Part shown: positions 49,530 through 62,300 of the stretch, piece by piece
Layout: each line of letters begins with the position of its first letter
Position numbering within the stretch: position 1 is the stretch's first letter
Program-made: the position numbers and the translations under genes
Source of the DNA: Vitrella brassicaformis CCMP3155
Lineage: Eukaryota > Protista > Chromerida
Direction: 5' to 3'
Assembly (NCBI GenBank): GCA_001179505.1
Contig: CDMY01000212.1
Coordinates: forward strand, 102,587 to 166,586
Length of the DNA stretch: 64,000 nucleotides
Notes under the pieces: model-generated
Database searches by the model: none
What the model was told of the DNA's origin: nothing
Seen by the model: the letters and a program-made list of their open reading frames with translations, nothing else

Positions 49530-52500
49530 ATGTTGGAGTTTGAGGAAAACTACCGCCGCATATCGACCCTCTTTGATGGACTGGAGCAGGAGATTGCCCG
49601 CCTGCACGCACTCAGACAGCAGCACATCGGGGAGGGGGAGGGGGAGGGGGACGAGCAGGGCGGCGTGCTGATGCTGGTGGACTTCATGCGACACCGGCTG
49701 CGCAAGCTCAAGTACCAGCTGGACGGCCCCTCACCCCAGCTGCTCGCCGAGGGTGGACATGCAGACGCACACGGATCCTTCCCAGCCACAGCCACACACA
49801 GCCAGCCATCCTCCGGCACACAGACTAAGAAGCTGCCCAGATACGAGAAGCAGTCGATGCCCAAACCCCTGACAGATCTGCACAGAGAGAGAGGGCAGCA
49901 AGCCATCGGGAAACAACAACAGCAGGCCACACACACACACGCGGTTCCGGCGATTGAGGAGGGGAGGGGCGTGGTTGCGGGGATGGTGCAGCAGCGTGTG
50001 ACACCAGGGGGCGCTGGTGCTCGTGCACCGAGCAGCGGTCATTCGAGCCGGTCTCGGCTGATGCAGGGTGTGATTGGGGGTGGGCTGGAGGGGCCGGAGG
50101 GCGGGGAGGCCGACACGGGCCAGCCGGCTGTGGAGGACATCATACATGTCCGGAAGAGAGAGACCACACGCACCCGCACACCGGCGCGCAGATATCTGTC
50201 CCTCTCTCTCTCCATGTTCGCAGGGTCTGCTGACGGTGTCTCCCCACCTGTCTTTGCCAGCCACACTGGAGGTGTCGGAGGGCGTGCTGAGGCGCCTCGT
50301 CCAACAGGCCCTCGCCGCCGCATACAAGTCGTCTGGTGCGTCCGACGACACCATGTCGCTGCGGTCCGCCGACCAGGGGCAGGAGATCGAGTGGGGTGTT
50401 GCCGTCAGGGTCTTCTGCTACGACCCGCTGCTCGACACACTCTCGGGCATCGACAAGTACCCTTCCCCCAACCCCCCACACCACACAACAGTACACTTTC
50501 CTGTTTTTTCCTCCTGTTTGTCTGTTCTGTGAGGCGGAGCAGCGAGGGCGGGAGTCTCGAGACGATTTCCCTAGCTGTCCATGAGGACGGCGGCAAATCG
50601 CCCCCTCTTTTGGGCGACCTGCCGTCGGTGCGGTCGTGTCTGCGTGGGGGGGAGGTGGTGCAGAAAGTCGTCACCGTCAGACAGACACCTGCATCTGCAC
50701 CACAGACACAGACACAGGGACAGGCAGACACGTCATGCGGGAGTGAGGCGGGCACATGCACATACACCACTGGTGCTGGGAGCGACGACAGGGAGAGAGA
50801 GAGGGAGAGGGAGGGGGAGGAGGTCACGTACCAGCTGCTGGTCTTCTATCGACTAGAGGTGGTGACAGACAGACACCTTCATCAAGCTTCGCACACACGT
50901 AGATCTGTCGTCGGTGTGTGTGTGTTTGATGCAGTCTCGGTGTGGCGAGGCCTGCGGGATATGTCAGATCATGCTGACGCCCCCCTCTGTGACACACACC
51001 GGTGGGGGTGGCGTCGAGGGCGACATGAGCAGCAGTGCTACCACCGATGCTATGGAGATCCCCTGGCGGCCGTCGTTCGACGCACAGCTGGCTTGCCTGC
51101 TCACGCAGGTCCGTGTCTCTCTCTCTGTCTGTGCATCAAAACAAGAGAAAGAAGGCTGGGTGTGGTGTGGGTGCAGATTGGGTTGATGGTGGAGCGGTCG
51201 GTAGAGTACCACAAGGTGGAGAGGCGGGAGGAGGAAGTCGGAGAACTCTGTGAGTGAGCATAAACAAACACGGAGACACACCTACCTTCATGGACCACGT
51301 GTGTGTCCGTGTGCGTGTGGTGTGCCAGACCACATTCTGATGCCCCTGTTCTCCACCCTCCAGAATAGAGCCAGGTAGGTAGGTATTTTCTTGATTGCCT
51401 GCAGAGCTTTCCTGACTGACCCCGTCTCTCTCTGTCCCCCATCCAATGCAATGAACATTAATTAGGCTGATCAGCCTGGCCACCGACACCGCTCAGCGGC
51501 TGCTCAACGTCGAGGCCGTCATCATCTTCCTTGTCGACTTCAACAGAGTATGTAATGTACCGTACCACCCAACATCTATATCCTTGTCTCTCTCTCTCTG
51601 TCCGCATCATCTGCTTCTGCCTCTCAGGACATCATGTGGACCTACAAGGACGGCCACGAGCGATCGTGGCCCCTGCGCGACTCAGATAACCCCGCTGCAC
51701 ATGTGGCCATCGCTGGCAGACCCGTCATCCTACACAACAGCCCCCCCCGGCCACCCCACCAGCAACAGCAACAGCAGCAGCAGCAGCAGCCCCCCTCCGC
51801 CTCATCCCGTTTCAAGATGGAGTTCCTGGAGAATTACCACGTCGAAAGTGCCCTCTTTCTGCCCATCTTTCAGCCAGACTGGGATGACACCTCTCTTGGG
51901 AAAAAGGACGAGGCCAAGGGCGGGGGGACCGTCACGCCCAACCAAAGGCAGCAGGTCATCGGCGTCATGGCCGCACTCAACTCACACAAAGGTCGGTCGC
52001 TCGGTCGGGAGGTGGGGTGGCCGACAAAGGAAGGATCCCCGATTTTCTCCTTCCTTCCATCAGGCACCTTCTCCCCCCGCACCCAGAGCCTGGCCAGCGA
52101 GTTCGGTCGACTCAGCGGCATGGCCATCCACCTAGCGTCCGACTGGGCCAAACAAGCCGATTGGGTCACATCGGTGGGCCATCACCGAGACGCTTTGTTA
52201 GTGGACAAGCGGGGGGCTGAGAAGGTCAAGGAGCGGTCCCACCAGCTGATCCAGCTGTTCGCCGAGGTGTCTGACTGCATCGACCCACGGACGACGCTGC
52301 ACCGGTTTGTGACGTCTTGCAGGAGTGCGATGGGTGTGGCGGACTGCTCGTTTGTGACGCTGTCTAAGGGGATGCTGCTTGCGGAGACGGCTGTCGAGGC
52401 CGACGTGGGGGCACTGGGCGAGTGCGTTCGGTAGGAACGCACGCAAAGACAGGAGCGAGGCAGGGAGAGAGAGAGAGGGGGGAAAGGGGATGGGAGGGAG

Positions 52501-55500
52501 GGAGGGAGGGAGGGAGGGGTCGAAGGTTCTCTTGAGATCCATCTCTTTATCTGTCTCTTTGTCCTTCTGTGCTGTGTGTGTTTGATAAACAAAGGACGGG
52601 TCAGCCGGTGCACGTGGAGAACCTTCTAGAGGACCCCCGCATCTTTGCCGACTCCGACCTGCCCTCATCCCTCGACCCGGAGGAACTCATGGACCTCCTC
52701 TACGTGCCCCTTTTCTCTTCTGTCGCCGCCAATGACCCCAACGACCAACAACCACAGCCACCGCAGCACCAGCACCAGCAGCATCAGGAGCATGTAGTGG
52801 GTGTGTTGCGGCTGGCCGCCACTGTGCCGGGGGTGTTTGACGACGTGTACGTCAACTCTGTGACCACGAGTGTGCGGCTGCTGCAGCACATATGCGACAG
52901 GGGCCAGAGGCTGGAGCAGCTCGCCGCAATGTTCGAACACAGAGAGGTCCGTGGTGGGTCGGTGGATGCGCATCGCTCTCTCTCTGTCTTGCTGGGCGGC
53001 GGATGGTTTCTGGGGTTTCTGTCGTGCAGGTGTCTAGCGCCCTGACCTTCCGCGAGTTGTTCCGTGTGGTGACGAGCAAGGCCAAGTCGATCCTTCGGTG
53101 CAGCCGCACCTACCTTTTGCTGGCCGATGAGTCCCTGGGTAGGGAGGAGAGGAGACACAGCCCCGTGTGTGTGGCTGAGACATGCATGTCTCTCTGTCTC
53201 TGCCTGTGCTGCATTCATCGCACGTGTGTAGGTGTGTTGTGGTCGTTGGTCGGTGCGCACCACGAGTCGAGGATTGAGGTGACGCTCGACAGCAAATCCA
53301 TCGAGGGGCAGGTGGGCCGGGGGGGGGGGGGGGGGNNNNNNNNNNNNNNNNNNNNNNNNNNNNNNNNNNNNNNNNNNNNNNNNNNNNNNNNNNNNNNNNN
53401 NNNNNNNNNNNNNNNNNNNNNNNNNNNNNNNNNNNNNNNNNNNNNNNNNNNNNNNNNNNNNNNNNNNNNNNNNNNNNNNNNNNNNNNNNNNNNNNNNNNN
53501 NNNNNNNNNNNNNNNNNNNNNNNNNNNNNNNNNNNNNNNNNNNNNNNNNNNNNNNNNNNNNNNNNNNNNNNNNNNNNNNNNNNNNNNNNNNNNNNNNNNN
53601 NNNNNNNNNNNNNNNNNNNNNNNNNNNNNNNNNNNTGGGGGGGGGGGGGGGGGGGGGGGGGGGGGGCTGCGTGGATGGCCTTCTCTCTCCACGACCTGTG
53701 TCTGTGTGTGTGTGTGTATGTGTGTTCGTGTGCGTGTGTCCGTTTCCACACACACAATACACTACAACACAATACAGGTGTTCTTGCTGGGTGCCACGGT
53801 GAAGGATTCAGTCCAGCAGAAGGCGTGCCTCGACCGAGTGCTCGGATACAAGCCATCCAACGTCATGGTACGCCCGTAGACATTCAACACACACACACAC
53901 ATCCCGCCGCCCCAACACACACACTCAAGGGCAGGGGGGACACACTCACTTGTCCCTGCTCTGCTTGTGCCACCTGTCAGGCGGTGCCTCTGAAGTTCCC
54001 TGGCGGCCGTGCCATCCACCACCCCCCCTCCCCCTCCTCCCCAGCAACCGACAAGGACGCACATGAGAGGCCGTCATCCAGCAGGGTGGCTCATGAAGCC
54101 AGGCGCGGCCCATCACGGGAAACAGCAGGCGCAACAAAGACAACCACAAAGACCCGCGCCAAAGACGGCTGGCCGACCTCCATCGGACACTCCCGTGTGC
54201 TGGGGGTGCTCCTGGCCGTCGACAAGGTGGGAGCCCAGGCCTTCGACCAGCTGGACGAGCTGCACCTGGCCTCCCTCGCCACACCGACTGCATGCGTCTC
54301 GGCCCACCTGTTGGAGCAGCAGCGCGCCAAGCAGGAGACAAGACAGCTGCACTTGGTGGTCACTATTATCGAGACACTGATGCGGTGTCAGCGGCTGCAG
54401 CAGTTCCTGTTGGAGGGCGGGGCGCTGCTGGCGAGGCTGGCTGGGTGTTGGGCTGCGGATGTGCTGTTGCTGAATGACACGTGCACCCATCTGCTGGGCG
54501 TGCGGCAGGGGACGTGCGCGAACTTGACGCTGGACGGGCTCAAGAGGCTGGAGAGACAACAGAGACAGCACGAGGGTGGTGGCGGTGGTGGTAATGTTGG
54601 TGGGCAGGAAGGGGACAGGGCCATCATCCAAGTGCTCACGGTGCGATCGACAGATTCACTAACATACATCTGCGCACATCACACATCACACATTTGATTA
54701 TCAATCCCGAATCTCGTGCGTGAAAGTACGTGGCTTCCTTCGTCTGCCTGCAGGTGTCCGACCACCCCTATCTCGCAGAAACGCTCAACGGCGCCGTGAC
54801 TTTCCCCCAGAACACCTACGTGCAGGGCCCATTATCCCCCTCCTCCCCCGGCGGCACCCACGCACACCCCCGGACACGCAGCCAATCCAGACGGTCGGCG
54901 GCGAGGGTGGGATCGGTCTTCAAGAGAAGGCGCGCCAGCTCTCGGGCGTCATCTGTCGGTGGCCCACAGGGTGAAGGCACGTCGTCCACAGCCCCCTCGC
55001 TGTGTGTGAGCTGCTGCGTGCCCGTCAAGGGGACGGGAGGGCGGACTGTGGGGGTGATCCGGCTTATGGATGGGCAGCCGAGGCAGAGGCCTGAGAGACT
55101 ACCCGTGGCAACCATCCAGAGACTCGCTGTCACGGTGAGTGAGTGACGTGACGGGGGCACACGAAATGCATTCATTCCATGGGCGTGTGTGTCTCCATGC
55201 CGTGCAGCTGGCTGAGCTCATCTCATGGCTGCGGCGCCTCTCGTCGCCCGTTGGCTCGTACATCAACCTCATGGCCACCATCCCACAGCAGCACCAACAA
55301 GGGTCGGCTGCACCACCTAGTATGCAGCCGGCCATACCATCCCTGGCCGACAGCCAGCAGCAGCAGCGCAGGGGCCCGCTGCTGGTAGAGGCGCCGCGCA
55401 TTAATCGCTTGATCGTCGTTGCGAGGGCTGACGGACGGCTGGAACGGTGTGTGGGTTGACTGACACTCAAAGTGCCTTTGTATGCTGTGTGTGGTGTGGT

Positions 55501-56109
55501 GTGTCTGTCAGGTTTAGTGGTTCGGTGCGTGGGGTGTTGGGTCGGTCTGATTCGATCTTGCGGGGCGTGCCCTGCTGGGAGTGGCTGCTGGAAAACGACG
55601 TGTGGACCAGGCTCATGAGAAAAGTGAGTGGGCTAGCAAGACTAAGCAAGCAGCCAACTAAACAGCCAGCCACACGTGTGGCCACTTCCAGACACACACA
55701 CACAGAAGCTTCCCCCTCTCCCATCCTCTACCAGATGTTCTTCGGCTCCCCTGATGTCACCGGCCCCCCTTCAGCAGCCACGGCAGCAGCAGCAGCAGCA
55801 GCAGTAGGAGCAGCAGACGAGCTCTCCCCACCGTCAGGGCTCTACCACTTCAGCCAGCAGAAGATCATGACCTACGCCAACACCAACAGCAACGGGGAGG
55901 GCAGAGAGGGCGCTGACGGCGGTGGTGGTGGGGCGGCCAGGAACGTGCCGTGCGCCCACTATGTTCAGAACTTCCATTGGCTCGTCAAGGGCCGCCACGT
56001 GTACTCGGGCAATCTGTCGGTGGCCCCCTACCTTGATTGGGTCAAGGGCAGTGCGTGGGTAGGCAGGCAGGCAGGCAGGCAGGACACAATTGGGGTGCAC
56101 GCCGTCAGC

Positions 56110-56140
<31 letters not shown>

Positions 56141-58661
56141 TATTGCATTAGGTGTTCATCATGTTGACTGACATCCGGCCATTGGCAGGGTCGGTGGTGG
56201 TGCCCCTGCCAATCGGCACATCATCACCTGACAGCCGGCAGGCCAAAGTCGCCGCACCGAGAGGCGAACGAAAGTAAGAAGCCTACCAATCCCCCCCCCC
56301 CCCCCCCNNNNNNNNNNNNNNNNNNNNNNNNNNNNNNNNNNNNNNNNNNNNNNNNNNNNNNNNNNNNNNNNNNNNNNNNNNNNNNNNNNNNNNNNNNNNN
56401 NNNNNNNNNNNNNNNNNNNNNNNNNNNNNNNNNNNNNNNNNNNNNNNNNNNNNNNNNNNNNNNNNNNNNNNNNNNNNNNNNNNNNNNNNNNNNNNNNNNN
56501 NNNNNNNNNNNNNNNNNNNNNNNNNNNNNNNNNNNNNNNNNNNNNNNNNNNNNNNNNNNNNNNNNNNNNNNNNNNNNNNNNNNNNNNNNNNNNNNNNNNN
56601 NNNNNNNCCCCCCCCCCAAGTCAAATGCCTGTCTGATGTCTGGATGAACCAGGTCAATCGGGGCGCTCCCCCTCCTACCCGCATCAAGCAGCGCAGACGA
56701 CGAAAAAGTCGCAGAGAACCTCTTTCTCCTCACCTGTTGGCCGCAGAAGGTCCTCATCGAGCCCGCACCTCACGGATCCTGGGGCAGGACCGACATTGCT
56801 GGTGGCTCCCGGCTGCGGGAGGTGGGCAGCGGCGGGCTGGGGGAGGACTTTGCCTTTGGCAGTGTGCTGATGAAGGTGCTGGAGGGGATTGTGCGGGCGG
56901 GGGGGGAGGTGTATGCTGTGGAGCAGAAAGCCGTGTATGGGCTCTTTTGGAACCACATCGACTGCCTCACGGCCGGGTGTCTCATCGACCAGGTGTGGAT
57001 GGATGGATGGATGGACATAGACTGTCTGTCTCAGTCTCTTGTGTCTCATCTCGTTGCGTCATGTGTGGGTTGCAATGCAGCAAGTGGGTCCGCAGGTGTT
57101 GGAGATGGGGTATGACCTCCTGGTCTGCGCTATGCACGTCCGGCTGCTGCACCCTGTGGTCGCTGCCCCCTCACCATTCCTGGTCGGTCGGGCGGTCGGT
57201 CAACCATCCAGCCCCACACACACCACCACAGACCCAACTGTTTCTCTCCCTCCCTGTCACTCACTCGCTCTTTGTCTCTCCGTCTCTCTGCCCCTCTTGT
57301 CTTGTGTTTGATATATGCAGCTGAGTCGGTTGAGGCCCGCAGCAGCCAGGGACCATCTGCGGCAGTCTGTGCGTGCACTGACCAGCCAGACGGGCGCCGA
57401 TCGCCCCGCCAGCCGTCTGGCCAAGCTGACCGAGATGATCACGTCGGCACAGCAGCGGCGGGGCAGCCAGGTGTCTGAGGTGGGCACTCATGACCACCAG
57501 CCCCCATCCGGCGGCGACCCCTCCCCCGCCCCCACACCACGCGCAGACAACAGCACGCACACGCATCCAGCCGCTGCTGCTGGTGCTGCTGGTGCTGGCA
57601 CCAACGGCCCATCTTTGTCAGTAGGAGAGGTGCAGGTGCCTTTGGTGATCCCGACGGCCGTGCACACCGCGGTCAAGGACTTCGCCAGCCGAGCCTTGCT
57701 CTACCCCTTCCGCGGCTTCTTCGTTCTGGCCTTCCCCGCCGACCTGGATCACGACTTTGTCACGTCTCCCATTGAGAATGTGCACATGGTCGACACATCG
57801 GCGGGATGCTGGGAGGGAGACAAGGCAGAGGAGGGGGAAGGCGGTGGGGGGGCAGCGCCCGTCAGGCCCATGACCGTCATGAATGTGCACGGCAGGTGCG
57901 CACACACGCGAGCTCATCGACTAAGTGCAGACGGGACAAGGGAAATGCGGTGTGTGCGAGTTGTGTGTGTGTGCAGGGTGGGTGATTTGCCCCCGTCGAT
58001 GGTGGAGCGGCTGGGTCGCTACCACGTGGCCTACCAGGCATACCTCCACGGCGGCAACCTCCTCAACACCATACAGGTAGCGTAGCAGCGACCCGAAAAC
58101 AACAACACGATCCCTTGCCTCTGTCTGTCTGTCTGTCTGTGTGTCTGTCTGCAGGAGTTGGAGGCTCTGATAGAGGACGGCATCGACGACGACGTCTTCA
58201 CCCTGCTGCTGGTGCCGCAGCTGACCCTCCTGCTCAAGCGATCCCTCTACCTCTTCATGGCCGGGCCGCCATCCGCCTGTGGCCACCCTGCACAAGCCGC
58301 CACAGGTGCCGAAGCCGATGGGTCATGGGATGAAGGCTCGGAAGCGACGCCCACGCCGCGCACATCGAGACAGCAAAGGGCCCACGCGAGGAGCGAGGAG
58401 AGAGAGGCCGGCGGGCCGCAGGCAATGGAGCGGTGGAATGGTGTGTGGGAGGGTGCCGAGCCGACGATCGGGCAGCTGCGCAGCATGGCCAGCAGCACCC
58501 ACAGCAGCAGCGGCTGGGGCAGTCGGCATAAGGGCGCCTCCGCCTGGCAGGTGTCGACAGAAGGATGGGAGCCCTGGGTGCGGGAGCTTTTGCAGACGAC
58601 ACTGCTCATCCTGCAGACCGTCGAGACGGCCGCCGATCACAACAACATGCTGCTCATGTAG
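49530..58661 (+). CDS. Very large multi-GAF-domain protein with a C-terminal degenerate phosphodiesterase-like region
   Basis: Repeated GAF signatures: ESALFLPIF...VIGVMAALN...FS; LLYVPL...VVGVLRL...FDD; GYKPSNVMAVPL...LGVLLAVDK..AFDQLDE; CCVPVK...VGVIRL. The C-terminal region has PDE-like helices in the expected order. Many introns and two gaps lie inside. Confidence 0.7.
53336..53635. other. Assembly gap (300 N) in an intron, flanked by poly-G
   Basis: Exactly 300 Ns; the flanking exons (SIEGQ|VFLLGAT) join in frame. Confidence 0.98.
56308..56607. other. Assembly gap (300 N) flanked by poly-C
   Basis: Exactly 300 Ns with C-runs on both sides. Confidence 0.98.
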
Positions 58662-58683
58662 CCAGCTGGGTCAGACCTGCTGG

Positions 58684-59290
58684 ATGTCTGTCTGTCTGTC
58701 TCTCTGTCTGTCTGTATGTCTGTCTGTGGCCTCCTATATACTTGTTTGTCAGCTGAATTGTTTGCTCTCTGTTTCTCTGTCGTGCACACAAATGAGTTTG
58801 AGGGCATTGCGTGCCTGAGGTGCTGCGTCGTGGGAACTTCATGTCATATCATGGACACACAAGAAGACACACACGCGTGGATAAATGGATGGATGGATCC
58901 ATAAGCATCTGCTTTGGTGCGACCGCACGAGCAGGTCGCAGAGTCCTGCCGCCTATTCCAACAGACAGACAGACAGACAGACAGAAACACACACACACAC
59001 ACACACGCATACACACAGACACACACACGCATACACACACAGAAAGAGACATGCGGTGCCCTGTCTGCTGCCGGCTGCGAGCCAACGAAGAAAAGTAAGT
59101 GCAGCAAAAGAGCAGTGAACGACAAATAAACAAACCGACAGCTGTCTGTCTGTCTGTCTGTCTGTCGTGTTTGCTGAGTACGTCTGTATGTATGCATGCA
59201 GACATGTCTACCGCTGAGTACGTCTGTCTGTCTGTCTACCTCTGTCTACGTGTGCTCTACGTGCCGCCCTGCCTCTGCCTGTCTTTCTAT
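58684..59290. repeat. Dense (GTCT)n/(GACA)n/(CA)n/(GGAT)n microsatellite tract between convergent genes
   Basis: Read directly, e.g. (GACA)n followed by (CA)n at about 58960-59040. Confidence 0.85.
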
Positions 59291-59373
59291 GTATAGCTTC
59301 CCGCTCCACCCTCAAGTGCGTGAGCGAATCCCTCCTATATATGCGACCTCAAGCCCGGCGCGACCGTGGTCAG

Positions 59374-62300
59374 TCAAGGCCTCACAGCCGACTCAAATGG
59401 GTTAGATCCAGACCTGCTCTCGCTCATCCGCATGGTCTTCCGCAGCTGAGACTCAAAGCCGAGAAATACCTTGAGAGAGGGAGGCAGGCAGCATGGAGGC
59501 ACGAAGAGGGCGTGTGTGTGCGTACACATATATCGGTGTCTGCTCATATGTATGTGCCGTCCCCTCACCTCTCACCTCTTTATGTGCAGGTGTTCTGACC
59601 GAGTGCCCGCCCCTGTCGGAGAGCCCACTCTCCAGCCCGTCCTGATCGTCGAATGCGTCTACATCCGACATGGCTGTAGTGTCGGGCCCCGGCTTGCCCG
59701 CCCAGGCCCCATCCTGCTTCATATGCAACCCAGGCACCACACGAGTCTGGCTGGCATTGGCATGGGCAGTCAGCCTCCCGCCCGTCGTTGAGTCGTCCCC
59801 TCGACGAGACGAAGTGAACTTAATGTCGCTAGACGAGGCACTGGGGCTCTCAGTTGTTCCGCGATGATGCGGTCTTGGTCGTCTGCCGGGCCGCGGGGAC
59901 TCGTAGCCGTCGTCGCTCTCGATGGTACCTCTTGAGAAAGGGTCGCTCTCATTGCCCAAGTCGGACCGCACCGACAACTTGGGATTTATCTACATGCCAA
60001 GAAAGTTTACGAAGCAAGCCACAAAATCAACCGACAACAAAGTGTGGATGGGATGCGTCACTCACGAGAAGGGGTGACTGCTCCCTGCGGAAGTACATAC
60101 CTTGTTTCTCCGGGGCCGGGGTGAGATGTCGTCGTCGGTTATTGACCCAGTGAGAGGGTTCCGTCTCTGCCCCTCCATGCCCCTGAGGTTGGGCAGGGAG
60201 TTAAACATGTTCAGCCATTTGGACGCCGTCTTGCCAAGAAGACCCTGGGGGTGCCTCCGGTCGAAGTAGCGCTGCGGGTGCCTTGACCCGTACCACCACG
60301 TTATGGGCACGATCAGCAGCAGATAGATGAACATCAAAGCGCCTGCATGGGAGAGGAGAGAGCAGCGAGACGCACGTGTGCCGTTTGTCGCTGCTTCTCA
60401 TATGCGCACGGACCGACCCGACCCACCTGTGGCGGCCCTGGCATCAGTGGCGTTTATGTCGGAAGGAGGCTGTGGACAGACAGCACTCAGTGCGAAAAGA
60501 AGGAGACAAATGCAGAGCAAGCGCATTCGAGTGAGCTATTCCCCGCCTGATTACCAACGCGAATGTATAGAAGAGGCCAATTAAGGTGACAATGTGCAGC
60601 AACAGCACCTGACGATGAGAGACACAACACTCGCGCCGTACCACACTTCCGTGAGCGTACGTATCTGTCTCTGTGTGTATCTGTCTGTGTCTCTCTCAGT
60701 CACTCACCGTGAGTGCGATATCCAGTTTGCTATTCGCAGATCGTCTCCAAGGCGCAAACGACATCTGACCGAGTACGTGCGAAGGAGAGACATGCTCTTG
60801 CACACAGACATCCGGGCGTCTTAGTGCCTGTCATGTCCCACCGTGGCAAATGCACTGCAGAGCAGAACCAACAAATGGAAAGTAAGTACGGCAGGAGTGT
60901 GAATGTGAACATGAATCATCATTATCGTTCTAAGCTTACTAAAAGGTCAGTATGACGGCGTAGTAGAGCAGCTGCAGCTGCCCAATGTTGGGCACCAAGG
61001 CGGTCGACAGCGCTAGAGACGCATTGCGGGCCTGGCAAAGTGGACCCACACAAAGTGCAGTGAGTGCAGAATGAGCGCTGGCCATCTGTCATTCGAAATA
61101 TATAGGCGACCCTCACCATCCAGACGCACTCCCACCAAACCATCCCCTGTCTGTATTTGCCCACGACGTATCTGAAGGCCGCACTAAAGACCTCGTCGAA
61201 TCCTGAGAGCAAGGCGCAAAGCACACATCAATCAGCCGTAAAGGTGGTGCTGCCGACGCACCGCACCTTCCAGGTGTGCGGCCTTGTCTCTTCTCTTGAG
61301 ATCTGTGAGTTTCTGCATGCGGAACGATATGGCAATGGAGGCGATGTAGGGGCAGATGATGTAGAGAAAGATGCCAATCCAGCTCAGCCACATCTGATCG
61401 CGCCACTCCTGACCTCTCGCCTGTTAGTAAGCAGATTCACATCGAAGACATCAATCAACGAGACACAGGGAGTGAGTGTGGGAGGCTTCCTTACGTACCG
61501 ACTCCCAGTCGCATATGACGTAGGGATGCGTTCTCACAGTGAAATCACCCGAGGGATGCTGCAAAGAGAGAGGAACAAGGTGCCACTTTAGTGCGCTCTC
61601 CCAATTGCTGCCTGCGTGGCGCTGCTTTGTCCTCACCCGAAAGCAGTCAACGTGTGCCATTGCGATCGACACGAGAGCAACGTACATGAATGAGCTCACT
61701 TGCGTAGTCGTCGCTACGATCTGCATTCATTGCCACAGGCATACAGATGATAGCAGAGGGTGCGTCTCTGAACTGGCGTACTCTGATGAGTCCCAGCCCG
61801 TGTGCAGTGTCGACAAATTTCCTCCGAAACCAATGCAGCCAGGCCTTGCGCCTCCCCCTCGCTTTGTCTGGATTCAGGCAGTCCCATTTCTTTCCATAGA
61901 AGAGAAACCCCTGAGTGAGACGACCAACACGACCCGGTATGTATCGTGCCGCCCTGCTGGTCATCGCCGCTTCCGTGGTGTCTGTCTGACCTCGAGGGTG
62001 AAGTGCAGTATTGCCACGGCTGTGATAAAGATTATGGGGATCGAGAAGAGGTACCCAATCTGGCGCGAGAAGGAGTCGAGGCCAAAGCATGAGACGCCAA
62101 GAATAGACGGATCGACCATCAGCAGCCTGGCGCATCAATCAATTAGTCGGTCGAGGCAACGGGGAACAGACACCACACCGTCAGTCGCACATGGACTGTG
62201 GTCTATGAATGTGTCTCTCTCGGAGCAAGGACTTACTTACCGAGGTAAGCTCAAGAGCGTGGAGACCTGCACGACGATTCGCAGGTTGAAGCTGCTGATG

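Noticed and set aside
49530-54697. 575-aa and 601-aa ORFs as single-exon genes
   Set aside because: They read through introns and an N gap and switch in and out of the true frame; both are fragments of the GAF gene.
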